NCBI GenBank assembly: GCA_016185845.1
Contig: JACPMV010000002.1
Coordinates: 1,564 to 65,563, forward strand
Reading direction: 5' to 3'
Origin: Candidatus Woesearchaeota archaeon
GTDB taxonomy: Archaea > Nanobdellota > Nanobdellia > Woesearchaeales > GW2011-AR4
Length of the DNA stretch: 64,000 bases
The notes beneath the pieces are model-generated. The model searched no databases. It had not been told where the DNA came from and was given only the letters and a program-made list of their open reading frames with translations. Shown in pieces: positions 9,835-18,577 of this stretch (positions are counted from its first letter, which is position 1; each line of letters begins with the position of its first letter). Made by a program: the position numbers and the translations under genes.

Positions 9835-10343
9835 GCATAAGGCAGATCGGAGTGGTTTGCTACGGAAATATAGCGAGAAGCCAGGTTCTTGGCATCTATT
9901 TAAAGAAATTTCTGAATGATGAGGGCATCAACAATGTCAGAGTCTACTCTGTCGGAACCGCTCCATACGAAGCTTTTCCAGACACCCCTGTTCTAATCAG
10001 AGAAGTTGGAGAAAAATTGAAAGAAAGGGGGGTAAATTCCACGCCAAGAAGAAATTCTTGGACTGAAGAATCAAGAAAAGAATTAGGGTTATCTGATATT
10101 ATACTAGTTGCAGATGAAAAAAGGAAAAAAGAGGTCATGGGTAGATTAGGATATAAGATTACAAGAGATTGCGTTTATACTTTTTATCAGTTTATCGGCG
10201 AGGGAGAAAAAGGCTTCGAAGATTCCTATGATTATGAAAAAAGGCGCCAGGACCCGGTGAAATTCGGAAAAATCTTCGACGAGCTTGAAAGAATAGCAAA
10301 AAAAGCCGCAGAAAGGATCAAACTGATGCAAAACCTTAATTAA
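9831..10343 (+). CDS. Low-molecular-weight phosphatase family protein (LMW-PTP / ArsC-like).
   Basis: P-loop C-x5-R(S): VVCYGNIARSQ near the N-terminus. Size about 170 aa. ATGA overlap with the upstream gene when started at the Met of MSIRQIG. Confidence 0.6.
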   Translation: MSIRQIGVVCYGNIARSQVLGIYLKKFLNDEGINNVRVYSVGTAPYEAFPDTPVLIREVGEKLKERGVNSTPRRNSWTEESRKELGLSDIILVADEKRKKEVMGRLGYKITRDCVYTFYQFIGEGEKGFEDSYDYEKRRQDPVKFGKIFDELERIAKKAAERIKLMQNLN

Positions 10344-10376
10344 GTTTAAATATACTAATATCTCCTCTTTTTTAAC

Positions 10377-11165
10377 ATGAAAGCAATAATACTTGCGGCA
10401 GGAAGGGGGTCCAGACTTGAAAAATACACGAAAAATATGCCGAAGGGAATGCTCCAGTTTAACGGCAAGTCTTTGATAGGACGGCAGGTTGAAGTTTTAA
10501 GGTCCTGCGGGATTAAAAAAATAGTGATAGTCAGGGGATACATGCCGGACAAAATAAAAATAGCCGGAGTAAAGTATTGCGAAAATAAGGATTACATGAG
10601 CACAAACATGGTTGAGACGCTTTTTGCCGCTGAGAGGGAAATGGATGACGACCTAATAGTCTGCTATTCCGACATAATCTACCAAAAAAGCGTTCTTGAA
10701 AAAGTCATGGCCAGCAATGCCGATATAGGGGTAACTGCAGATGCAGATTATCGGGATTATTGGAAAGCAAGGCTTGACGATCCCCAAACTGATACGGAAA
10801 GCTTAGTAATTGAAAATGGAAATATAATTGAACTAGGGGATACAAACTGCGGAATTGAAAAGGCAAAAGTCAGGTATGTCGGGCTGATAAAATTTTCAAG
10901 AAAAGGGCTCGAAGCTCTGAAAAAAGTCTATCACGAGAATAAAGAAAAATACTACGGCAAAAACGAGCCATGGCTCCGCTCCAAATCATTTAAAATGGCT
11001 TACATGACCTGCATGCTGCAGGCAATTATAAACGCAGGCTATACAATCCAGCCAATAATTGTGCAGCACGGATGGCTGGAATTTGACACAAATGAAGACT
11101 TCGATAAATATAATTTATGGCTGAAAAAAGGCACCCTGGCCAGATTTATAAGCTTAAAGAATTAA
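10377..11165 (+). CDS. LicC-like sugar/phospho-alcohol nucleotidyltransferase (cytidylyltransferase family).
   Basis: MKAIILAAGRGSRL...PKGML is the G-x-G-(R/T)-R-L NTP_transferase signature. Size is about 260 aa, LicC/PntC-like rather than long-form RmlA. Confidence 0.75.
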   Translation: MKAIILAAGRGSRLEKYTKNMPKGMLQFNGKSLIGRQVEVLRSCGIKKIVIVRGYMPDKIKIAGVKYCENKDYMSTNMVETLFAAEREMDDDLIVCYSDIIYQKSVLEKVMASNADIGVTADADYRDYWKARLDDPQTDTESLVIENGNIIELGDTNCGIEKAKVRYVGLIKFSRKGLEALKKVYHENKEKYYGKNEPWLRSKSFKMAYMTCMLQAIINAGYTIQPIIVQHGWLEFDTNEDFDKYNLWLKKGTLARFISLKN

Positions 11166-11173
11166 AATACAGG

Positions 11174-11962
11174 CTATGCCCTTCTAAATTCCAATTCATT
11201 TTTATTCAGCTCCTGCAAATATTTTTTAATTAAGTCCTTATCCCCGTAGATACACTCATATAATCTCCGGTCTTTTGGAATCTTAAATTTTCTTTTTGAA
11301 GGATGCAGCAGCAACTGCGTTTTTTCTGAATTCAAAAGACGCCTGCATTTATCCAAACTCAAATAAGTTCCTGTTTTCCCGCTTACTATAACATCCTTTA
11401 CCGCCTCATTTTTTAATGAGAAGGTATAGTCAAAAACCGCAAGCCTGGATTTTTTTAGAATATCGCAAAATAAATCCTCATCTTCAAATGCATAAAGCAA
11501 AGACACGCCTTTTGCGAAGAATAAATCGCACGGAATAACTGCCTTTTCCTCAAATAGGGCCAGCTTGTAGCCCGGGTGCGTGTAAAAAGCAAGCGTATTC
11601 ATCATTCTGGAATTATCGACGCCGGCAAATAAAATGTCCCTGACATCAAGCTTGCCAAACTTTTTATTTAAGTACTCCAATGAATCAATGGCGCCCATCA
11701 ATGAAGAGCCTATCTCATAATAGACCAATGGGCCTGATGCGCCTTTGCAAGCGCACAAAGCAGAATATTTTTTGAGATTATCATTTAAATCTTCTTCATG
11801 ATGAATATAATCGATATGGCATGTCCTGTAGCCTATTATATCCTTTAGGTACCTTGCTGTCATAAAAAAATCATATGCTTCTTGTCCCTCTTTTACAATA
11901 TAAGGGTGCCTTTTCTCTCCGTCTTTGTAGCCAAATTCCAGATATGTTTTTATTTTACCCAT
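11174..11962 (-). CDS. Hypothetical protein (possible methyltransferase-like fold).
   Basis: 262 aa ORF with good coding character. Weak resemblance of VYYEIGSSLMGAIDSL to a SAM motif I. No confident family assignment. Confidence 0.35.
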   Translation of the reverse strand: MGKIKTYLEFGYKDGEKRHPYIVKEGQEAYDFFMTARYLKDIIGYRTCHIDYIHHEEDLNDNLKKYSALCACKGASGPLVYYEIGSSLMGAIDSLEYLNKKFGKLDVRDILFAGVDNSRMMNTLAFYTHPGYKLALFEEKAVIPCDLFFAKGVSLLYAFEDEDLFCDILKKSRLAVFDYTFSLKNEAVKDVIVSGKTGTYLSLDKCRRLLNSEKTQLLLHPSKRKFKIPKDRRLYECIYGDKDLIKKYLQELNKNELEFRRA

Positions 11963-12076
11963 TTCCTTCGCTCAACATCAGCAGCCTTAACCGGGTTCAG
12001 GCAAATATTGCCTATTTATAAATCTTTAGCAATCAGTAACTTTAATAAAGCATAACGTTTCCAGATTTAATTTATA

Positions 12077-13369
12077 ATGAACAAATTTAATGCCATAACT
12101 GCCGTAATGATCATCATATCTATAGAAATATTTCTTTTTGCATCTTCTTATAAATCCGCTTTTTTTTTTTTTTTTGCATTAATTTCATTGGAACTGTTCT
12201 TTTACCTGCTGATAACCGACCTAAGAAAGGATTTTCAATGGATTATAACCACTAAAGATGAATACCCCCAGATAAATAAGGAAGGATTTAAAAAATTCAT
12301 AAATCACGGGTATGACCCTGAATTAGGATGGGTGAGGAAGCCGAACACCGAAAAAGAGGAGATAGGCAAGTTTGGAAAAACCAAATACCATATCGACTCC
12401 AGAGGCTCTAGGAGCAACCCCGGACACGAAAAACTGCCCAAAAAAATATCATTTTACGGAGATTCTTTTCCATTTGGCAGGCAAGTAAATGACAATGAAA
12501 CATGCCAATGGTACCTGTCAGAATTAACAGAAACAAATGTTCTGAACTTCTGCGTAGGCAACTACGGCCTGGACCAGTCATTGTTAAGGCTAAAACGGGA
12601 ATTCCCAAAAAACAAAACAAAAGTTGTAGTTATGGGGGTTGTACCCTCAACAATTGTAAGGATAATGTGCATGTGGAAGCATTACAATGAATTTGGAAAT
12701 ACATTTGGCTTTAAGCCCCGCTTTATACTTGAAAGGGGCAAGTTAAAATTAATCAAGAATTATATAGACACCGAAAAAAAATTCATGAACTACAAAGATT
12801 GCCTTCCCCAGATCAGGAAATATGACTACTTCTATAAAACAAAATTTCAAAAGGAGATGCTGCAGTTTCCCTATCTTATTTCTGTATTTTGCAATCCTAT
12901 AAGGAATATACCCCTTATTTTTCTTGTTTCTAAATATAAATGGCTTGGAAAGCATAAGAAATTAGAAGCATATCCCGCTCCAATGAATATGATAATGCGC
13001 ATAAACCTGAAACTGCGGGTTGATATGTTCAGGAAGAATGCATCCGCAGTCAGGCTACTAGAAAAAATAATAGAAGAGTTTGCAGGATACGGCAAGGAGA
13101 AAAATTTTATTCCGGTATTCCTGCTGATGCCCCAAAAAGATGATCTGCTGCTTGCAAGGAAAAAAAAGAAAATTTATTATGAAGAGCTTATTAATCATCT
13201 GCAAAACAAAATGTTCGCAATAGATTTAACAAAATATCTTGTGAGCCGCAAAGACCTGGATAAGATATACTCAGATGACAACCAATATGGCGGCCATTAC
13301 AGCAAGTTCGGAAACAAGCTAATCGCTAAAATAATCTATAACAGACTTAAAAAAACGGGAAGCATCTGA
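12077..13369 (+). CDS. Membrane-anchored SGNH/GDSL-like hydrolase or acyl-esterase family protein.
   Basis: N-terminal TM helices, then ISFYGDSFPFG (a GDS block). Contains a T16 homopolymer at codons 28-33. Confidence 0.45.
   Translation: MNKFNAITAVMIIISIEIFLFASSYKSAFFFFFALISLELFFYLLITDLRKDFQWIITTKDEYPQINKEGFKKFINHGYDPELGWVRKPNTEKEEIGKFGKTKYHIDSRGSRSNPGHEKLPKKISFYGDSFPFGRQVNDNETCQWYLSELTETNVLNFCVGNYGLDQSLLRLKREFPKNKTKVVVMGVVPSTIVRIMCMWKHYNEFGNTFGFKPRFILERGKLKLIKNYIDTEKKFMNYKDCLPQIRKYDYFYKTKFQKEMLQFPYLISVFCNPIRNIPLIFLVSKYKWLGKHKKLEAYPAPMNMIMRINLKLRVDMFRKNASAVRLLEKIIEEFAGYGKEKNFIPVFLLMPQKDDLLLARKKKKIYYEELINHLQNKMFAIDLTKYLVSRKDLDKIYSDDNQYGGHYSKFGNKLIAKIIYNRLKKTGSI
12160..12175 (+). repeat. T16 homopolymeric tract inside the coding sequence of the SGNH-like gene (codons 28-33, Ala-Phe5).
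   Basis: Sixteen consecutive T from 12160 to 12175, read directly. It is the longest homopolymer seen in the window; other runs are 9-10 nt or shorter. Confidence 0.9.
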
Positions 13370-13417
13370 TGAGGGTAGCGTATTAAGAATTTAACCGGGA
13401 TTTTCCATCTTATCGCC

Positions 13418-14248
13418 TTATTTGCCGCCAAATAAGGCCTTATAGTGCTGCTCCGCTGCCCTGCCCTTGTAATGCACGAGAAAAGACACAACTTGCTTTA
13501 AAATAGCGCCAACAGCATAAATTAACAAGTACCAGTAGAATAATATATAGCTTGGCATAAAGTTATAATGCAGGTTTATCAATTCTATAATTGAAATAAC
13601 AGTTAAATGAAGTATATTGGTCGGAGCAGCCCAAAAATCTTTGAATTTATTATAAATATCATTCAGTTTTTTTCCGGTGTCGCTGCCCTGCAAATTAACG
13701 CTCTTCCTGCCTACATTTTTAATATGCCTGCTTTTTATGCGATCCAGGGCAGCATCGCCATGCAGCTTGCTGTTGACTACGGCAGACAGCATGCTGGGAA
13801 TCACGACAGATTTAGAGAATACCGAGCATAAAAATCCAAAAATAAGCACAGATTTCCACCCGGTTTGCAGGAATACTCCAAAAGCCAGGGGGAAAAACAT
13901 AAGATAAGATACCAGCTCGTGGTATATATTCTCCAAATGCACTCCGGTTAAGCTTGATTTTTTCCTGTACCGCGCTATTTCACCATCCACGCAATCCAGC
14001 AGATTCGTAAATTGGATAATCATTATTCCGGCAAATATGCAGCTTAGCTTGCCAAAAAATAAAAAAATGGAACTGAGGAACACCAGAAAAAACTCAATAA
14101 TAGTCACATGATTTGCCTCTATCTTTGTATGCAAGAGGAGCCAAGTAACGTAGATAGAAAGCTTGCTTACATACTTGTTAAACCAAACCCTATATGCATA
14201 TGGGCTGTCATAGCATATTATCCGCAATTGCTTTATAGATTCAACCAT
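13418..14248 (-). CDS. CDP-alcohol phosphatidyltransferase family membrane protein.
   Basis: Multi-TM protein with DCVDGEIARYRKKSSLTGVHLENIYHE, a variant of the D-G-x2-A-R-x8-G-x3-D-x3-D motif with acidic residues E/E in place of the last two Asp. Confidence 0.5.
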   Translation of the reverse strand: MVESIKQLRIICYDSPYAYRVWFNKYVSKLSIYVTWLLLHTKIEANHVTIIEFFLVFLSSIFLFFGKLSCIFAGIMIIQFTNLLDCVDGEIARYRKKSSLTGVHLENIYHELVSYLMFFPLAFGVFLQTGWKSVLIFGFLCSVFSKSVVIPSMLSAVVNSKLHGDAALDRIKSRHIKNVGRKSVNLQGSDTGKKLNDIYNKFKDFWAAPTNILHLTVISIIELINLHYNFMPSYILFYWYLLIYAVGAILKQVVSFLVHYKGRAAEQHYKALFGGK

Positions 14249-14305
14249 TTTTTAAGGTTATGATATTCCCTATAAATATTTATCATTTTCCAGCAACCCA
14301 GTTTC

Positions 14306-15727
14306 TTATTTGTTCTGCATAACTCTTATAAAAAGAGCCTTGTCTTCTTTTTTAAATGCCTTAAGCAGGAATAACATTCCGAAGTATAATGCGGCCCCCA
14401 CAGCAGATCCAATAAAAAGATTAGGGATGAAAGCTATCGCAATTACCATTATTATGGAAGCAATTACCGGCTTTATTGATGCACGGACCAGCCCAAAACC
14501 AAGATTTTCTTTAAATATGAAATAATGATATGCAAACAAGAAGAGGCTTTCTGAAGATATCACAGCAACAGCTGCGCCAATAAATCCGTATCTAGGTATG
14601 AGCACCAAGTTAAGCGCTATGTTTAGCAATGCCACAATCCCCTGCCCAAATACCCTAGCGCCTTGCCTGTCTATCGAGGATAACAGCGTTCCTGAAGTGA
14701 TATTTATGAATCTTAAAATAATGAACCAGCACAGTATTTTGACTGCGATTATTGATTTTGCATACTCAATGCCGTAGATTAGGAGTATAATATTCCTGGC
14801 ATATATGAAAATGCCAATGGTGACCGGAAGGCCAAGAATCAGCATGTACTGGAAGGACTTTTTATAAGCAAATTTAAGCAACGACCTGTCTTTAATAAAA
14901 TACCTGGAAAATACCGGAAAAACAGCATTTGAAAACATGAGCGGTATGAATGTAATGCCAAGAAGGAGATTATAAGCGGCGGCATAAACTCCAACTTCTG
15001 CGGAGCCTTTGAAGCTCTCAAGCATTATAGTGTCAATATAAAGAAGAACGGTGCCAAACATGATGGACAATGCAAAAAAAGATGATTTTTTAATAAGGTC
15101 TTTTTCAAACTTAAAATCAAAGCAGAGAGATATTCCTGCAAAATTCTTTACGTAAATCGTCAAAGATACAGCCAATACAACCAACTCTGCAATGGGAAAC
15201 ATTAAAGTTGTAACAATGAGGCCCCAGCCATTCGCAATAGAAGCAAAAACCAGCATTGATAATAAAATCATCCTTGCAATTTTTATCATGGCATCATAAT
15301 ACATCCTTTCAAATGCCCTGAAGACAGAATAAAAGAGGTCGGTAAAAGACTGGATTACGATAAATAATACCATTAAAAAAGTTATTGCTATCAGAGAGCC
15401 GCCTTTGTCAAAAAAATGCAGAAAAATATAAGATATGATGAATGTAGCTGCAGCCAAAACTAATTTAATGGAAAGGGCATTTGAAACATAATTATTAACC
15501 TTTTTCTTGTTCCTGCTTATCTCCCTTATTAATAAGGTGTTAATGCCAAAATCAGCAAGCACAATAATTATGACTGAGAATGCCAAGGCAAAGCTAAAAT
15601 CGCCAAATTCGGATTTTCCGAATGTCCTGGCTATAACGACAAATATTACCAGCTGTATTATTTTTGATACCAGCTCAGCTGCCGCCAGGCTCAAAAAATT
15701 GCTGGTTATCCTTCTTGCCGTCTTCAC
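14306..15727 (-). CDS. wzx: Wzx-like oligosaccharide flippase (polysaccharide biosynthesis protein, MATE-like).
   Basis: 473 aa, about 12-14 TM. N-terminus LAAAELVSKIIQLVIFVVIARTFGKSEFGDFSF is typical of Wzx/PST-family proteins. Confidence 0.75.
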   Translation of the reverse strand: MKTARRITSNFLSLAAAELVSKIIQLVIFVVIARTFGKSEFGDFSFALAFSVIIIVLADFGINTLLIREISRNKKKVNNYVSNALSIKLVLAAATFIISYIFLHFFDKGGSLIAITFLMVLFIVIQSFTDLFYSVFRAFERMYYDAMIKIARMILLSMLVFASIANGWGLIVTTLMFPIAELVVLAVSLTIYVKNFAGISLCFDFKFEKDLIKKSSFFALSIMFGTVLLYIDTIMLESFKGSAEVGVYAAAYNLLLGITFIPLMFSNAVFPVFSRYFIKDRSLLKFAYKKSFQYMLILGLPVTIGIFIYARNIILLIYGIEYAKSIIAVKILCWFIILRFINITSGTLLSSIDRQGARVFGQGIVALLNIALNLVLIPRYGFIGAAVAVISSESLFLFAYHYFIFKENLGFGLVRASIKPVIASIIMVIAIAFIPNLFIGSAVGAALYFGMLFLLKAFKKEDKALFIRVMQNK

Positions 15728-15791
15728 AGCCGAAACTTATTAACAGGCATATAAAAACCTTTCTTAGGGCAGCGGGGCTGTACTTTGAGTT

Positions 15792-16907
15792 CTATTTGCC
15801 AAGTTTATCCAGTATGCTGCCCAATTTTGCAGCCAGAACTTCCCACTTTAGCGCCTTGATAGCATTGCTGTAATCTATTTTTCCGATATTTCTGCCAAGC
15901 TTTGAAATGATTTTTTTTGCCAAATCGCCCGGGTCATTCGGAACGCACAGGCTGTTACCATATCCTTTAAGCATTTTATGGGCATCCCCAATATCAGTTG
16001 CCACGATAGGCACTCCGCATGCCATGTATTCGACTAGCTTGTAAGGGAAGCAATATTCGGTGAAGCCGTTCCTCGGGCTTGGGATTATAGCAACATCTGC
16101 AGCATTTATCCCGAGAACAACTTCTTTCCTTTCCGGAAACTTCCTGTAAATTACCCTCTTATGATCGATATCTACATCCCTGTCAACTTGCCCGCTCAGC
16201 AGAAGATATGAATCCGGATATCTGCCCAATACTTTCTCAAAAGCACCCATCATTATATCAAATCCTTTCAGCTTTTCCAGATGCCCTATGTACGCTATTA
16301 TTCTGGCGTCAATCGGAAGCCTTAGTTTTTTTCTTGCTACCCTCTTAGGCATTTCCATGAATAACCTGCGGTCTATTCCATTGGGTATCACATAGACATT
16401 ATTTTTCCTTTCTTTTTTTATGTGATTCTTCAGAGTTTCACTTACAGAGATTACAGCATCAGCACCATTTATTGCTTTCTTATGGAATGCCGGCACAAGA
16501 GGTATGCCGAAAGTGCCGTATGATTCAAAATTATCCTGAAGATCATACACAAATCTTTTCTTAAATTTTCTGGAATAATGGTGCCCAAGAATCCCAATCA
16601 GCGGATCAGTGCCGGCAAAAATCAAATCATATTTCTCCTTTTTTATCAGCTCATTTATGAATATAAAAAATCTGAATATTGAAAATAATCCTATTGGCCT
16701 TATTATAAATCTTATACCTTTCCTTTCTATCATCTTAGATTCTTTTTTTATGTAATCCGGGCATAAAAAATCAATTTCATGCCTTTTTGCAAGCGGCTCG
16801 AAAAGCCTTATCTGCCTGCCGAAATCCTGCACAGGCATGTCCTTGTTTGCGCCAAATCTCTTCATTAATACAAGAATTCTCATTTTCTGCAGTTTGACCT
16901 GTACCAT
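15792..16907 (-). CDS. GT4 family glycosyltransferase.
   Basis: EYMACGVPIVATDIGDAHKML GT-B C-terminal motif. About 370 aa. Confidence 0.75.
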   Translation of the reverse strand: MVQVKLQKMRILVLMKRFGANKDMPVQDFGRQIRLFEPLAKRHEIDFLCPDYIKKESKMIERKGIRFIIRPIGLFSIFRFFIFINELIKKEKYDLIFAGTDPLIGILGHHYSRKFKKRFVYDLQDNFESYGTFGIPLVPAFHKKAINGADAVISVSETLKNHIKKERKNNVYVIPNGIDRRLFMEMPKRVARKKLRLPIDARIIAYIGHLEKLKGFDIMMGAFEKVLGRYPDSYLLLSGQVDRDVDIDHKRVIYRKFPERKEVVLGINAADVAIIPSPRNGFTEYCFPYKLVEYMACGVPIVATDIGDAHKMLKGYGNSLCVPNDPGDLAKKIISKLGRNIGKIDYSNAIKALKWEVLAAKLGSILDKLGK

Positions 16908-17854
16908 GCAACAGTTTCCTTCAACCCTGCATCTAAATCATACTTCGGCTTCCATTTAAGAACTCTTTTTGCCTTTTCTATAGACAGATACTGCCTGTCT
17001 ATCTCGTTTTTAGCCTGGCCTAAAATTTTTGGTTTTATATTCTTGCCCATAATCTTTATTATTTTAGTGTACAAATCAATGACTTTTACCGGCTTTCCTG
17101 TCCCGAAATTAAACGCCTGGCCAACAACATCTTTTCTCTGAATGTTTTCTGCCAGAGTGAGATAAGCGCTGACTGCGTCCTTGATGTACATATAATCCCT
17201 TTCAGGAGTGCCGTCGCTCCTTATTACCGGCTGCCCTCCTCTAAGAATTGCAGTTATTACGTCAGGAATTATCCTGCTGAAGTTCATGTCTCCCGGGCCA
17301 TAAGTGTTTGCATTTCGTGTTATTGCCAATGGCAAACTGTATGCCATGTAATAGCTTCTGGCAAGTATTTCAGCGCATGCCTTTGACGCATCATAAGGAT
17401 AATAGCCGTTCAAGGGAGATTCTTCTGTGTAAGGCAGTTTTTTTTGCTGCCCGTATGCCTTGTCAGAGGAGGCTATTACGATACCTTTAACCGTTTTAGA
17501 TAATCTGCAGGCTTCCAGAATATTCCAAGTTCCTTTTATGTTTGACTCAAATGTTGACAAGGGGCTTCTGTTTGCAGGGCCCACAATTGCCTGGGCTGCA
17601 ATGTGGAAGACAAATTCAATATCATATTCGTTAACTGCCCTTTCGCAGTCATGGAGATTGACTAAATCGCCGTGGAGGATATTGACTTTATTTCTTAACT
17701 GCAAGACATCCAAATTGCTTGTTTTCTTGATGTCTCTTATAATTGTCGTAACATGCGCCCCTTTTTCAGCAAGGGCTTTTGCTATATGGCTTCCTATGAA
17801 GCCGTCTGCGCCTGTAACAAGTACATTCATCCCTTTCCAGTTCATCTGAGCCAT
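16880..17854 (-). CDS. rfbG: CDP-glucose 4,6-dehydratase.
   Basis: N-terminus NWKGMNVLVTGADGFIGSH aligns with the RfbG hallmark FWQGKRVFVTGHTGFKGSW. Has a YxxxK site. Lies immediately downstream of rfbF. Confidence 0.7.
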   Translation of the reverse strand: MAQMNWKGMNVLVTGADGFIGSHIAKALAEKGAHVTTIIRDIKKTSNLDVLQLRNKVNILHGDLVNLHDCERAVNEYDIEFVFHIAAQAIVGPANRSPLSTFESNIKGTWNILEACRLSKTVKGIVIASSDKAYGQQKKLPYTEESPLNGYYPYDASKACAEILARSYYMAYSLPLAITRNANTYGPGDMNFSRIIPDVITAILRGGQPVIRSDGTPERDYMYIKDAVSAYLTLAENIQRKDVVGQAFNFGTGKPVKVIDLYTKIIKIMGKNIKPKILGQAKNEIDRQYLSIEKAKRVLKWKPKYDLDAGLKETVAWYRSNCRK

Positions 17855-18531
17855 TTTAACTGACCTTTTTTGTATAATTCATTAAGTTCAATCACATCCT
17901 TTAATGTATTCATTGACTTCCAAAATCCGCTGTGCTTAAATGCGGCTATCTGCTTTGCTTTAGCCATTTCCCTTAAAACATCCTTTTCCAGATCATAACC
18001 TTTTTTTATGTATTTGAATATTTTCTTATTAAACACGTAAAAACCGCCGTTCATGAACTTATCGAGCTTGGGTTTTTCCCTGAATCCAACAACCTCATTT
18101 TTATTTAATTCCAATATGCCAAACGGAGACTCCAAATTGACTGCTGTTAAAGTAGCAATTTTATTATTTTTTTTATGAAATTTGTACAGCGCATTAATAT
18201 TGACATCGCTTAAATCATCACCGTATGTCACAAAAAAATCATTATCTTTAATCAAATGCCTTGCTTTTAGTATTCTTTCCGCCTTGTTTGTTTCCAATCC
18301 AGTATCAACAAACTCAATATTAATTCCCTTTTCGCCTTTGAAATAATCTTTTATTTTATTCCCCTTATAGCCCAGGCAGAAAATGAAGTCCTTATGCCCG
18401 AATGACTTGTACATCTGCACCAAATGCCATAAAATCGGCTTTGGACCTATTTCTATCAATGGCTTTGGAATTTCCTCTGTGTATTCGCTTAACCTTGTGC
18501 CCTTGCCCCCGCACAAAACAACTACCTGCAT
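17842..18531 (-). CDS. rfbF: Glucose-1-phosphate cytidylyltransferase.
   Basis: MQVVVLCGGKGTRLSEYTEEIPKPLIEIGPKPILWHLVQMY closely matches the RfbF N-terminus. The start was moved to the internal Met (cat at 18529-18531); the long upstream extension in the track is unlikely. Confidence 0.8.
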   Translation of the reverse strand: MQVVVLCGGKGTRLSEYTEEIPKPLIEIGPKPILWHLVQMYKSFGHKDFIFCLGYKGNKIKDYFKGEKGINIEFVDTGLETNKAERILKARHLIKDNDFFVTYGDDLSDVNINALYKFHKKNNKIATLTAVNLESPFGILELNKNEVVGFREKPKLDKFMNGGFYVFNKKIFKYIKKGYDLEKDVLREMAKAKQIAAFKHSGFWKSMNTLKDVIELNELYKKGQLKWLR

Positions 18532-18577
18532 ACCTCTGAATATTGGAATAGCATTTAAAAAGATTGCGATAATAGAA

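Noticed and set aside
9819-10343. Assigning the LMW-phosphatase-fold gene as the cytidine-diphosphoramidate 3'-kinase equivalent (Cj1415) of the MeOPN pathway.
   Set aside because: Cj1415 is an APS-kinase-like P-loop kinase. This ORF instead has the C-x5-R phosphatase/arsenate-reductase P-loop, so the roles are not equivalent. Kept as LMW-PTP/ArsC-like with unknown role.
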